Assembly: GCA_045046875.1 (NCBI GenBank)
Contig: JASFYY010000048.1
Coordinates: 16,298 to 80,297, forward strand
Source: Verrucomicrobiota bacterium
GTDB taxonomy: Bacteria; Verrucomicrobiota; Verrucomicrobiia; Verrucomicrobiales; DEV007
DNA: 64,000 bases
Direction: 5' to 3'
Part shown: piece by piece, positions 1 to 9,710 of the stretch
Position numbering within the stretch: position 1 is the first letter of the stretch
Layout: the number at the start of each line of letters is the position of its first letter
Made by a program: the position numbers and the translations under genes
Notes under the pieces: generated by a model
What the model was told of the DNA's origin: nothing
Seen by the model: only the letters and a program-made list of their open reading frames with translations
Databases searched by the model: none

Positions 1-69
1 TCCCTGACCGTAGACGAAAACGGCAAAGCCAAAAAATGGCCACCCAGCCCTAGCCAGGCAAAAAACTAA
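1..69 (+). CDS. 3' end of a gene entering the window (partial, product unknown)
   Basis: Frame 1 is open from base 1 (SLTVDENGKAKKWPPSPSQAKN) to TAA at 67-69. Confidence 0.45.
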   Translation, partial: SLTVDENGKAKKWPPSPSQAKN

Positions 70-83
70 CTCTGGTAAATGGA

Positions 84-182
84 CGGTCCTGACCTCCATA
101 ATTTCAGCAAAACAAGCGCTCTTGACCATCATAACCGCAGTAAAACAGGCGGTCCTGAGCGCCATAGCCTCGGCGAAGGCGG
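84..182. repeat. Three tandem degenerate 33-bp units (REP-like family B)
   Basis: Units at 84-116, 117-149 and 150-182 (cggtcctgacctccata.../cgctcttgaccatcata.../cggtcctgagcgccatagcctcggcgaaggcgg); the third resembles the element at 38333-38392. Confidence 0.7.
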
Positions 183-257
183 TTCGCATTTTTTTCTTTT
201 CTCCTCGCGCACCGAGCAAAAAGCTGTTTCCTTCCCTGTCACCTCAATGCTAATACA

Positions 258-1415
258 ATGAAACGCAGACATTTCATCAAAACCCTCACCACAACTGCCG
301 CCGGGTCCTCTTTGGTTGGCTGCCAGTCCTTGTCCCCCTCCGCATCCATGTCCACGATCACTCAAAAACCCTTTGGCCAGCTCAATGGGCAAACGGTCCA
401 ACTCTACACCCTGCAAAACAAAAATGGCATGACCGCCAAAATCACCAACTACGGCGGCACCGTGGTTTCTCTGATGGCAGCGGATCGCAATGGTCATTTC
501 TCTGATGTGGTGCTCGGTTTCGACACCCTCGAAGAATATGTCGATCACAGCCCTTTTTTTGGCTGCATCACTGGTCGCTACGCCAATCGTATCGCCAATG
601 CCAGCTTTTCCCTCGACGGACAAAAATACCAACTCGCAGCTAACAATGGCGCCAACCACCTGCATGGGGGTAAACGGGGTTTTGATAAAAAAGTATGGGG
701 CGCCTCTACTCGCGGCGGACGCCTGCATCTCAGCTACACCAGCCCCGATGGAGAGGAAAACTACCCCGGCACACTGATTACAGAAGTCACCTACACACTC
801 ACCAACGACAACGAACTGCGCATCGACTATCTGGCGACCACGGACAAAGCCACCATCGTCAATCTCACCAATCACAGTTATTTCAATCTCGCCGGCCTCG
901 ATAACGAAGCGGTTGAAGTGGATGCCGCTACCATTCTCAATCACGAATTGACCCTCTACGCTGATCGTTATACCCCCATCGACGCCGCATCGATTCCTTT
1001 GGGAAACCTTGCTACGGTAGCAGGCACGCCTTTTGACTTCCGCCACTCCACTGCCATCGGTGCACGTATCAACAGCAAAGATCCTCAGCTAAAAAACGGC
1101 AAAGGTTACGACCACAACTTCGTGCTGAAAAACCAAAAAGACCATAAGCTGATACGGGCGGCCCGGGTTTACGACTCGATGTCAGGCCGACTGATGGAAG
1201 TGGATACCACCGAACCTGGCATCCAACTCTATAGCGGTAATTTCCTCAAAAACATCAAAGGCAAAAATGGAGAGAATTACCCCCGACGCTCCGCTCTTTG
1301 CCTCGAAGCCCAAACCTTCCCCGATTCCCCGAACCAGCCGACTTTTCCTTCACCCATCCTGCGCCCGGGAAAAAAATACCGTCAAACCACCATTTACCGC
1401 TTCAGTGTAGCCTGA
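258..1415 (+). CDS. galM: Aldose 1-epimerase (galactose mutarotase) with Tat/lipoprotein-like signal
   Basis: Motifs GRYANRI, NHLHGG, NLTNHSYFNL, GYDHNF, TTEPGIQLYSGN; N-terminus MKRRHFIK...LVGC. Confidence 0.92.
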   Translation: MKRRHFIKTLTTTAAGSSLVGCQSLSPSASMSTITQKPFGQLNGQTVQLYTLQNKNGMTAKITNYGGTVVSLMAADRNGHFSDVVLGFDTLEEYVDHSPFFGCITGRYANRIANASFSLDGQKYQLAANNGANHLHGGKRGFDKKVWGASTRGGRLHLSYTSPDGEENYPGTLITEVTYTLTNDNELRIDYLATTDKATIVNLTNHSYFNLAGLDNEAVEVDAATILNHELTLYADRYTPIDAASIPLGNLATVAGTPFDFRHSTAIGARINSKDPQLKNGKGYDHNFVLKNQKDHKLIRAARVYDSMSGRLMEVDTTEPGIQLYSGNFLKNIKGKNGENYPRRSALCLEAQTFPDSPNQPTFPSPILRPGKKYRQTTIYRFSVA

Positions 1416-1537
1416 ATGATCCGACAAACCTTCTACAAGATCGAAAATCTTCGTCTGTGGGCAGCTGAACAACTTATACTATTTCAACGATCATTGAATC
1501 TGGTATCTTTTTGATACCACGCGACCACCTCAACCCG

Positions 1538-2836
1538 CTAGGCCATCTCCAGTCCCTCAACTGTCGATTTTGTGCTGTGCCCAAAAGACTTGACCGCCAC
1601 TCCCATTCGCTGTGCAAGCGGCACAAACAAATTCGCCAGTGGCGTATTATCCTTTTTGTCATGCGCCACGTAGGCTCCATGTTTGTAGCCACCTCCCGCG
1701 AGAATAATCGGCAAATTTTTCCAGCTATGGGATGAGGCATTACCTAGATTCGATCCAAAAAGAACCGAAGTGTGGTCGAGCAGATTCCCCCCGCCATCCT
1801 CAATCCCTTTCAAGCGGGTCAGGAACTCATTAAAAGCCACAAATTCCGCCTGCTCAATAAGCCGCAACTCCTCGATTTTATTCTCATCCTTACCATGATG
1901 GGAAAGATTGTGCCAATCTGTCTGCACACCCTTCAAATTGCTCGGCACCGCGTTCATTGCACCCAGATCAAAAGTGACCGTGCGGGTAGAATCCGTCTGC
2001 AGAGCCAGGGCAATCATTTCATACATCAAACGCTGCCTGGCCATGACATCCGTTTTGTCATCGATATCCTTGGGCTGTTCCGCATCCACTTCGGGCTTGG
2101 CTTTGGTCTCCCATTCCTCTGACTGCTGAATACTGACTTCCAGATCCCTCACCGAAGTGAAATATTCATCCAGCTTTTCCTGATCCCGGTGCCCCAAAGA
2201 TCTCTGAAGCTGTTTGGCATCCCCCAACACTGTATCGAGAATACTGCGCCCCTGTTTGAGCTCACGCATCGTTTGCCCGACCTCTGATTCGGTGCCATCA
2301 ATGAAAAGAGTTTTAAACAACTTCGCAGGCGAAGACTGGGACGGAATCTGAACCCCGTTGGCAGTCCAGGAAAGAGAGGACCCGCGTGTCGTCAGTGCCA
2401 GATAAGGCACCCGGGTCTTCCCCCTGAGATGACGTGCAATCAATTGATCGAGGGAAATGGTGTTCTTGAAACCAGCAAGCCCGGGACGTTGAGCCGAAGT
2501 CAACCAGGTCATCTCCGAGGCATGACCATTATTACCATTCTGATTCGCGTGGGAAAGCCCGGAAAACACCGTGAAGTCATTACGGTGATCTTTCAGCTTT
2601 TCCAAATAAGGCGTGAGCTTGTAATCGGTGCCAACGGCTTCGGGAAACAGATGTTGTGCATGGAAACCCAAGGCCGCATTCATCGCCATGAAACGGGGCA
2701 CGGCGGCTGGAGCGGCTTGAGCTCGGAAAGCGGGGCACATGGCATCGAGTAACGGCAGCGCCACGCAAGATCCCAGACCTTTAAGAAAGTGACGTCTGTT
2801 CAGCGCCGCTTGAATCGAAATATAGGGGGCTTTCAT
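1538..2836 (-). CDS. DUF1552-family protein (Tat-exported)
   Basis: LNRRHFLKGLG-x-ALPLLDAM start, ISLDQ, LDEYFTSVRDLE, ALQTDSTR, HNLSHH, NLPIILAGG; start moved to ATG 2836. Confidence 0.85.
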   Translation of the reverse strand: MKAPYISIQAALNRRHFLKGLGSCVALPLLDAMCPAFRAQAAPAAVPRFMAMNAALGFHAQHLFPEAVGTDYKLTPYLEKLKDHRNDFTVFSGLSHANQNGNNGHASEMTWLTSAQRPGLAGFKNTISLDQLIARHLRGKTRVPYLALTTRGSSLSWTANGVQIPSQSSPAKLFKTLFIDGTESEVGQTMRELKQGRSILDTVLGDAKQLQRSLGHRDQEKLDEYFTSVRDLEVSIQQSEEWETKAKPEVDAEQPKDIDDKTDVMARQRLMYEMIALALQTDSTRTVTFDLGAMNAVPSNLKGVQTDWHNLSHHGKDENKIEELRLIEQAEFVAFNEFLTRLKGIEDGGGNLLDHTSVLFGSNLGNASSHSWKNLPIILAGGGYKHGAYVAHDKKDNTPLANLFVPLAQRMGVAVKSFGHSTKSTVEGLEMA

Positions 2837-2855
2837 AGGATCAGGTGGTGCTGGT

Positions 2856-5258
2856 TTATTTGGTGAGGAAGATTTCAGAAGTGACAACCAGATGAAACAG
2901 GTCACGCACACGATACCCCTTACTGCCCGCTTGTTTGACGATCCGGGTGATTTCCGGACGATCAGAGAAACCCATTTCACGACCCGTGGCAAAAGTCAGT
3001 AATTTAGTCGCAAAGGATCGGGCGAGAACGGCTTCATCCTCCGCCAAATAATCCCGAAACTGCTCCAAGCTGGAAAACTTTCGTCCATCGGCCAGATTGC
3101 CAGAGCAATCAACATCCGGACCCAGACGATAACCTACCCGACGCCCTTTGATGATCGTATCCACTTTATCCCCATTGCCCAATGACCGGAAACGCTCACG
3201 AAAACCCCCGATTGGATTGAATGACTCCAGCGCAAAACCCGGCGGATCGATTTTTTTATGGCAAGCGGCACAGCTGGTGGAATCCCGGTGTTGGTCGAGA
3301 ATTTGGCGAAGAGTTTCAGCCCCCCTGATGTCAGGTTCGACGCCGGAAATGCCCGGAGGCGGAGGCGACGGCGGGTCTCCCAGGATTCTCTCCATCACCC
3401 ATACGCCACGCAAAACCGGAGAAGTATTGGTACCGTTGGCAGAAACTTTCAGCACACTGGCCTGGGTCAGAAAACCTCCGCGAATGCTACCGGTCGGCAA
3501 TTTAACTCTTCTGATTTGTGAACCCGTTAGCTGAGGCAATCCATAGTGCTCTGCCAGCCTGCTGTTGAGCATGGCAAACTCCGATTTCACCACATTGGTA
3601 ACCGGCAGATTGGAAATAATCAGTTCCCGTAAAAAAGCTTCCGTTTCCAACGGCAAAGAATAACGCAGGTAAGGATCAAATTCCGGAAACAAGGTTTTGT
3701 CTGGTGCCGTAAAATCTATTTCGCGCAAGTTGAGCCAAGCCTCGGTGAAGTCGGTGATGAAACGATCGAAGTGCGGCCCCTTCATGAGACGCTCCGCTTG
3801 CGCGATCATCACCTTGTCATCTTTTATCATTTTTTTCTGCGTGGCCAGACTCAGCAGTTGTTTATCCGGTGCCGTTCGAGTCAGAAAATACGCCAACCGA
3901 TTGACCACCGCTAAATCATCCAAACGTCCCGGGGTTTCACGTAGGTAAAGAAAGTTCGGCGAAACAAACAAAGCCGTCACCGCAGTGCGCAAGGCCTCTT
4001 CGAAAGATGCGTCTTGAGCCCGCTCATTTTCAAACAGCTTGAGGTAACTTTCCAGATCCGCATCACTCACTGGGCGCCGCCAGGCAAAAGCCGCTACCCG
4101 CTTGATCGACAGAAGGACATCGGCACGCTCGTCTGTGGTGATAATTTCAAACTTGGGTTTATACCACTCTTTCTTTTTAGTTTCCGGATCCCTTGGTTCG
4201 ATTTCCTGGCGCTTCAAGCCATCAAAAACCAGCTTGTGACCGCGTGACGGGTAGTCCCCATACAAAGGACCTTCTATCGATGCTGATACAAAGGCAAATC
4301 CAGGACCTTCATACTCATTAAGGATTTTCGGGCGCGGCTGCGGCAAGGCAATGCCCTGCGGCTCCACCACCAGCATGCTGTGTTTCTCAATATAGATTTT
4401 AAACTCCACCGTCGTAGCTTTTCCCGGGGAGAAAGACACATACTTATAAATCGGCTTTTTACTGCCGTGCGCATAACTCTCTCCACCAATGGAACACACG
4501 ATGGCTTTGTCGGACTGGTAGGCGTATCCCCTGACCTTCACCTGATACCATCCGGATTCAGGAGCTCCGGAATTGCGCAACAAACCAGAGGGATAACCTC
4601 CCCCCTGAAAACGCACAATCGCACCATCATCCAGCTTCTTAAACGTTTTACCCAATGCCTTTTCAATCTCCGAATCACGGAAATTTCCCGGAATAAGTTT
4701 AGCCGCTGGTGGCTGGGTCCACTTTGCCACCGACGCATCAAAGACCAAACGTGCACCTTCCAAATAACGCTCAAGGTGAGTCATCGAAATCCCCAACGCT
4801 TCCCCGACATTATCAAATTCGTGGGAGCGTCCGTCCTCAGGCAATAAACCTTCCAGATCGAGGCTCGTTCCAAACAAATCATTCAGTGTGTTTTGATATT
4901 CCCGGCGATTCAATCGTCTCAAAACTGCCCCCTTGCTGGCCAGATGTGATCTGTTCAGTGATTCCCCCAGAACTTTGCCAAGCTCGGCTTTCCCTTCACT
5001 GCTTGGCCGGGTTTTAACCTTCTCCGGCGGCATCTCCCCTTTCCTCACCCGGTCAAATACCATCTCCCACTTGGCAAAGGTCGCCGGATCGGAAAGATTT
5101 GATCCCAACTTGTCAAAATCCAGCCCCCCTTTGTCCATGCCATCGGCGTGACAATCATAACAATGATCCTCTAGAAAAGGCCTAAGCTCCTCTTCAAATG
5201 CAAATCCCGAAGATGAAAGCAGCAGCAATAAAAATACAGACTGACAGAAAAGCTTCAT
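2856..5258 (-). CDS. PVC-type cytochrome c protein (DUF1587/1592/1588/1585 architecture)
   Basis: Signal peptide, CYDCH and CAACH heme motifs, LRRLNRREY, TSPVLRGVW, IDPPGFALE; lies upstream of the DUF1552 gene. Confidence 0.88.
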   Translation of the reverse strand: MKLFCQSVFLLLLLSSSGFAFEEELRPFLEDHCYDCHADGMDKGGLDFDKLGSNLSDPATFAKWEMVFDRVRKGEMPPEKVKTRPSSEGKAELGKVLGESLNRSHLASKGAVLRRLNRREYQNTLNDLFGTSLDLEGLLPEDGRSHEFDNVGEALGISMTHLERYLEGARLVFDASVAKWTQPPAAKLIPGNFRDSEIEKALGKTFKKLDDGAIVRFQGGGYPSGLLRNSGAPESGWYQVKVRGYAYQSDKAIVCSIGGESYAHGSKKPIYKYVSFSPGKATTVEFKIYIEKHSMLVVEPQGIALPQPRPKILNEYEGPGFAFVSASIEGPLYGDYPSRGHKLVFDGLKRQEIEPRDPETKKKEWYKPKFEIITTDERADVLLSIKRVAAFAWRRPVSDADLESYLKLFENERAQDASFEEALRTAVTALFVSPNFLYLRETPGRLDDLAVVNRLAYFLTRTAPDKQLLSLATQKKMIKDDKVMIAQAERLMKGPHFDRFITDFTEAWLNLREIDFTAPDKTLFPEFDPYLRYSLPLETEAFLRELIISNLPVTNVVKSEFAMLNSRLAEHYGLPQLTGSQIRRVKLPTGSIRGGFLTQASVLKVSANGTNTSPVLRGVWVMERILGDPPSPPPPGISGVEPDIRGAETLRQILDQHRDSTSCAACHKKIDPPGFALESFNPIGGFRERFRSLGNGDKVDTIIKGRRVGYRLGPDVDCSGNLADGRKFSSLEQFRDYLAEDEAVLARSFATKLLTFATGREMGFSDRPEITRIVKQAGSKGYRVRDLFHLVVTSEIFLTK

Positions 5259-5369
5259 TGAGAAATAGCGTTGCCACCCATCTGCAGCGTTTAGAGCTTA
5301 ACAACACGATCCTCAAACAAATCCCCCCCTTTTTAGAGAGACGTTTTCATCTGTAGCAGTGTTTCCAAC

Positions 5370-6200
5370 TCACTTCGCCCGATCAGGATCAACGCCCTGC
5401 CAGAAACGCGTTTTATCCCGTCCTGTCATCCCTAGTATTTCCTTCGTGCTCATGCGTTGCACATGACCATCAAGAAAAGCCACCAACAAAAACTTATTGC
5501 GGTAACGCGCCGCCGCCTCTCCTAAAAGACTACCCTCGCCATCACCATTTATCATAGAGGCATCGATCACATTCACTGAGGCATCCATGTATATCATCGC
5601 ACTTGGCAGAAATTTAATGTTAGTTATCGATTTTTCAGTCAGCCAGGGATCCGAAGAACTCGCACTGAGTTCATCGTAAACCAGATTCTTGTTCATCGCA
5701 TAGCTGTGATTATACCAATTTGTGTTTTCTGAATCGGATTTTATACTCGCTTTACTTTCAAACTGAGTATCGACTAAATGCCCTCCTTCCGTTGCACGGG
5801 ATGGCGGTGGGGAAGTTGGATCAGTCTCTGGGTATAAAAGTTTGAAAATCACCCCATCACACCACAAGCCCGTGCCGGTTGTGATCGCATTGTCAGGAAA
5901 AGGCTCGCTTTCGCCTCCTGGATAGATGGGGCTAGGGATACGATTACTATTATCTACCGACCAGTTGATTGTTGCATTAGTTATGTCCCGCAAGGCTCCC
6001 GCAGCGACGGTTGCCCGAGCTGAAGAAATCACCCCTGTCGCCGCCGGAATCACCATACTCGCTAATAACACAATGATAGAAATCACAATCAATAACTCGA
6101 TCAACGTAAACGCACTATCCCGACTGAGACTGCGCAAATTTCGCTCATTCCCTCCTAAATTCTTATCTAATACCGTCATTTTTATCATTTTTAACGTCAC
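5370..6200 (-). CDS. Prepilin-type N-terminal cleavage/methylation protein (H-X9-DG-like C-terminus)
   Basis: AFTLIELLIVISIIVLLASMVIP, SYAMN and FLDGHV motifs; exact start uncertain. Confidence 0.8.
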   Translation of the reverse strand: MTLKMIKMTVLDKNLGGNERNLRSLSRDSAFTLIELLIVISIIVLLASMVIPAATGVISSARATVAAGALRDITNATINWSVDNSNRIPSPIYPGGESEPFPDNAITTGTGLWCDGVIFKLLYPETDPTSPPPSRATEGGHLVDTQFESKASIKSDSENTNWYNHSYAMNKNLVYDELSASSSDPWLTEKSITNIKFLPSAMIYMDASVNVIDASMINGDGEGSLLGEAAARYRNKFLLVAFLDGHVQRMSTKEILGMTGRDKTRFWQGVDPDRAK

Positions 6201-6208
6201 TCACCATC

Positions 6209-6238
6209 AAATTAGCATTTTTTGAAAGCTGAAGTCAA
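6209..6238 (-). promoter_or_regulatory. Sigma70-like promoter of the prepilin-like gene
   Basis: TTGACT-N18-TAATTT with TG extension, 8 nt upstream of GTG 6200. Confidence 0.45.
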
Positions 6239-6326
6239 GCGGCGTATGCCCGTAAGGCGAAGTTAATTGCGACCGAGACCTATTTCTGATTAATTCCCAG
6301 TAGTAAACCCAACACCTCACATCCTC

Positions 6327-8150
6327 ATGTCACATCCGCGCTCAAAAAACACGTGTCCTCAAAAACAACCAAACGGCAAGCTGCGGTCCTTGTTATTGCT
6401 ACTTTTTTTGCTACCACTTTGCACCATTCAAGCCGCAGACACCCGCCCCAACGTCATCATCGTCATGACCGATGACCAGGGTTACGGCGATCTATCCTGC
6501 CACGGCAACCCACGCTTAAAAACACCCAATCTAGACAAGCTCTTCCAACAAAGCTTGCGATTCACCGATTACCACGTCAGTCCCACCTGCGCCCCTACCC
6601 GCTCGGCCCTGATGTCCGGCCATTTTGCCAACCGCACCGGCGTCTGGCACACCATCAACGGTCGCTCGATCATCCGCTCCAACGAAGTCCTGATGCCGCA
6701 GGTGTTCAGCGATTCCGGATACCAAACGGCGATGTATGGCAAATGGCATCTCGGGGACAACTACCCCTCACGACCAGAAGATCGCGGATTCCAGGAGGTC
6801 TTCCGTCATGGCGGCGGCGGCATCGGCCAAACCCCTGATCACTGGGACAACGCCTACTTCGATTGCACTTACACCCACAACCACAAAAAAGAAGCTGTGC
6901 CCGGATTCTGCACTGATGTGTATTTTTCCCAGGCGATGCAATGGATGAAAAGCAGCAAGGAAAAAAACCAGCCTTTTTTCACCTACATCGCCACCAATGC
7001 CCCGCACGGCCCCAACCATTCGCCCAGCCAGTTTTCCGAACCCTACGCCGACCTCGGCACCAAAACCGCCAACTTTCTTGGCATGATCAGCAACATCGAT
7101 AACAACATGGGCAAGCTGATGAGCTTCCTCGATGACGAAGCACTGAGCGAAAACACCATCCTGATCTTCACCACCGACAACGGCACCGCCGGTGGTAAAA
7201 AAATCTGGAACGCCGGCATGCGCTCGCAAAAAGGATCAGAATACGAAGGTGGCCACCGGGTCCCGTTTTTTGTTCGCTGGCCAGCGGGCAAGCTCGGAGG
7301 AGGGCAAGATCTGCCCCAGCTCACCGCCCACGTCGATATCCTACCCACTTTCATCGAATTGCTCAATCTGAAAAAACCCGCTGACGTTTCCTTCGATGGC
7401 CGCAGTCTCGTCCCCTTGTTGCGCGGTGATGACAAAAACTGGCCCGACCGTATTCTAGTCACCGACAGCCAGCGTATCCGCGATCCCGAGAAATGGCGCA
7501 AATCCGCCGTGATGGCTTCCGGCTGGCGCTTGATCAACGGCAAAGAACTCTACGACATCAAAACCGATCCCGGGCAGAAAGAAAACCTGGCCTCAGCTCA
7601 TCCTGAAAAAGTAGCGCAATTCCGTCAAGCCTACGAAAAATGGTGGGACAGCATGGTGGAGAGCTTCAAAGATGATGTCGAAATCGTCGTCGGTAATGAT
7701 CACGAAAACCCCGCCACCCTCACCGCCCACGACTGGTTCCTTCACCAAGAATACGCCCCTTGGAACCACTCCGGCATCCGCGCCCAAAAAGGGGCACAAA
7801 GCGGATTCTGGAACATCAAGGTGGATCAAGCCGGGACTTACCGGATCGAACTGCGCCGCTGGCCCAAAGAATCCGGTGCGACCATCGCAGCCGACCTGCC
7901 GCCCGGTGCCGACGTACCCGGCGTGCCCGCCTACCGCACCACCCCCGGAAAAGGTTTTGCCGCAATCAACGCCTCCCTCACCATCGGCGAACAGCAGCTA
8001 CAAAAAAACATTGCTGATGCTGGCAAGGAAAACCACGTCAGCTTCGAACTCGACCTCAAAGCCGGCGATACCCGGCTCTCCGGCCTGTTCACCGATGCCA
8101 AAGGCAAAAAACTAGGCGCCTACTACGCCTACGTAACTCGATTAAAGTAA
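6327..8150 (+). CDS. Arylsulfatase (formylglycine-dependent, Cys-type)
   Basis: RPNVIIVMTDDQG, CAPTRSALMSG, GKWHLG, FTTDNG, YEGGHRVP; signal peptide. Confidence 0.93.
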   Translation: MSHPRSKNTCPQKQPNGKLRSLLLLLFLLPLCTIQAADTRPNVIIVMTDDQGYGDLSCHGNPRLKTPNLDKLFQQSLRFTDYHVSPTCAPTRSALMSGHFANRTGVWHTINGRSIIRSNEVLMPQVFSDSGYQTAMYGKWHLGDNYPSRPEDRGFQEVFRHGGGGIGQTPDHWDNAYFDCTYTHNHKKEAVPGFCTDVYFSQAMQWMKSSKEKNQPFFTYIATNAPHGPNHSPSQFSEPYADLGTKTANFLGMISNIDNNMGKLMSFLDDEALSENTILIFTTDNGTAGGKKIWNAGMRSQKGSEYEGGHRVPFFVRWPAGKLGGGQDLPQLTAHVDILPTFIELLNLKKPADVSFDGRSLVPLLRGDDKNWPDRILVTDSQRIRDPEKWRKSAVMASGWRLINGKELYDIKTDPGQKENLASAHPEKVAQFRQAYEKWWDSMVESFKDDVEIVVGNDHENPATLTAHDWFLHQEYAPWNHSGIRAQKGAQSGFWNIKVDQAGTYRIELRRWPKESGATIAADLPPGADVPGVPAYRTTPGKGFAAINASLTIGEQQLQKNIADAGKENHVSFELDLKAGDTRLSGLFTDAKGKKLGAYYAYVTRLK

Positions 8151-8194
8151 GAGCCGCAGCCTCCCCTTCTACTAGGCTACCCCTCCCTCTTATA

Positions 8195-8229
8195 TTATTC
8201 GTGTTGATTAGTGTCCATTAGCGGTTCTC
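8195..8229 (+). repeat. Dispersed non-palindromic repeat (family A)
   Basis: ttattcgtgttgattagtgtccattagcggttctc resembles the unit at 18288-18322. Confidence 0.7.
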
Positions 8230-8259
8230 TACATTCCTTCATCCAATTCACCCCCAACA

Positions 8260-9666
8260 ATGCTCCAAAAAACCCTCATCTTCACCCTGCTCTGCCTCAC
8301 CCAACTGCAAGCAGCCCCCCAGCCCAACATCCTCTTCATCTACGCCGATGATCTCGGCTGGCGTGACACCTCCTTCATGGGCTCGGATTTCTATGAAACC
8401 CCACACCTCGATCAACTGGCCAGCCAGGGCATGGTCTTCACCGACGCCTACTCAGCTGCCGCCAACTGCGCCCCGGCCCGCGCCGCTTTGTTATCCGGCC
8501 AATACTCTCCCCGTCACGAGATTTACAACGTCGGCACCCGCCCGCGCGGCCAGGCCGAAGACCGCAAATTAATCCACATTCCCGGCGTCGCCACACTGCG
8601 CCCCGACATCACCACCTGGGCTCAACAACTGCAAAAAGCAGGTTACCAAACGGCGAGCATCGGCAAGTGGCACCTCAGCAAAGACCCTGTCCCCTACGGA
8701 TTTCACCACAACATCGCAGGCACCCATTCCGGCTCCCCTCCCAAGGGTTATTACCCACCTCATGGTAATGTGCCGGGACTGAAAAACTCCCCACCCGGCG
8801 AATACCTGACCGACCGCCTCAATACCGAAGCCATCCGGTTCATCAAAAAAAACAGTGAACAACCATGGATGATCTACCTCACTCACTTTGCCGTTCACAC
8901 TCCGCTGCAACCAAAAAAAGAACTGCTCGAAAAATACCAGCAAAAGAAAAAGGGCAAGCTTCACCAGAATGCCATCATGGCCACCATGATCCAAGCCGTG
9001 GACGACGGCGTAGGCCGATTGATACAAACCCTCAAGGAGTTGAAAATCGAAAAGCAAACCCTGATCATTTTTTACTCCGATAATGGTGGTTATGGCCCCG
9101 CCACCGACATGGCTCCGCTCAAAGGTTACAAGGGCACCTATTACGAAGGCGGTATCCGCGTTCCCCTGATGATCAAATGGCCGGGCGTGGTGAAAGCCGG
9201 ATCGCGCAGCTCCATCCCCGTAACCGGAGTCGATATTTACCCCACTCTGTGCGAAATCGCTGACGCCAAGCTGCCTGAACAACAAAACCTCGATGGAGTC
9301 AGCCTGGTTCCGATCTTACAAGGCAAGGTTTCTCCCACCTGGCAAAACCGTCCGATCTTCTGGCACTTCCCCGCCTACCTGCAAAGTTATGGCGGCGAGC
9401 AAAACAATCTTGAACAACGCGACCCCCTGTTCCGAAGTCGCCCCTGTTCCATCGTCCGCCTTGGCAACTGGAAGTTACACGAATACTTCGAAGACGGCGG
9501 CCTCGAACTCTACAATCTCAAAGACGACATTGGCGAAAGCCACAACCTCGCCCAAAAGAAACCCGTCAAAACCAAACAACTGCATCAACTGCTGAAAGAC
9601 TGGCGCAAAAAAACCAAAGCCCCCGTGCCTGCAATGAAAACCGCAGAGCCCCCTCCCTCTCAATAA
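8260..9666 (+). CDS. Sulfatase (arylsulfatase A-like)
   Basis: PNILFIYADDLG, CAPARAALLSG, GKWHL, YSDNGG, YEGGIRVP. Confidence 0.93.
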   Translation: MLQKTLIFTLLCLTQLQAAPQPNILFIYADDLGWRDTSFMGSDFYETPHLDQLASQGMVFTDAYSAAANCAPARAALLSGQYSPRHEIYNVGTRPRGQAEDRKLIHIPGVATLRPDITTWAQQLQKAGYQTASIGKWHLSKDPVPYGFHHNIAGTHSGSPPKGYYPPHGNVPGLKNSPPGEYLTDRLNTEAIRFIKKNSEQPWMIYLTHFAVHTPLQPKKELLEKYQQKKKGKLHQNAIMATMIQAVDDGVGRLIQTLKELKIEKQTLIIFYSDNGGYGPATDMAPLKGYKGTYYEGGIRVPLMIKWPGVVKAGSRSSIPVTGVDIYPTLCEIADAKLPEQQNLDGVSLVPILQGKVSPTWQNRPIFWHFPAYLQSYGGEQNNLEQRDPLFRSRPCSIVRLGNWKLHEYFEDGGLELYNLKDDIGESHNLAQKKPVKTKQLHQLLKDWRKKTKAPVPAMKTAEPPPSQ

Positions 9667-9710
9667 ACTCTCTCTTCCCATCCGCGTTATCCACGGTCAC
9701 CTTCCTCCCT

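Noticed and set aside
129..1046. 305-aa minus-strand ORF
   Set aside because: Antisense shadow of the well-supported galM; no motifs of its own
2837..2992. N-terminal extension of the DUF1552 ORF in the ORF track (likewise 49623-49679, 30398-30469, 43751-43813)
   Set aside because: These overlap neighbouring genes or precede better starts with signal peptides
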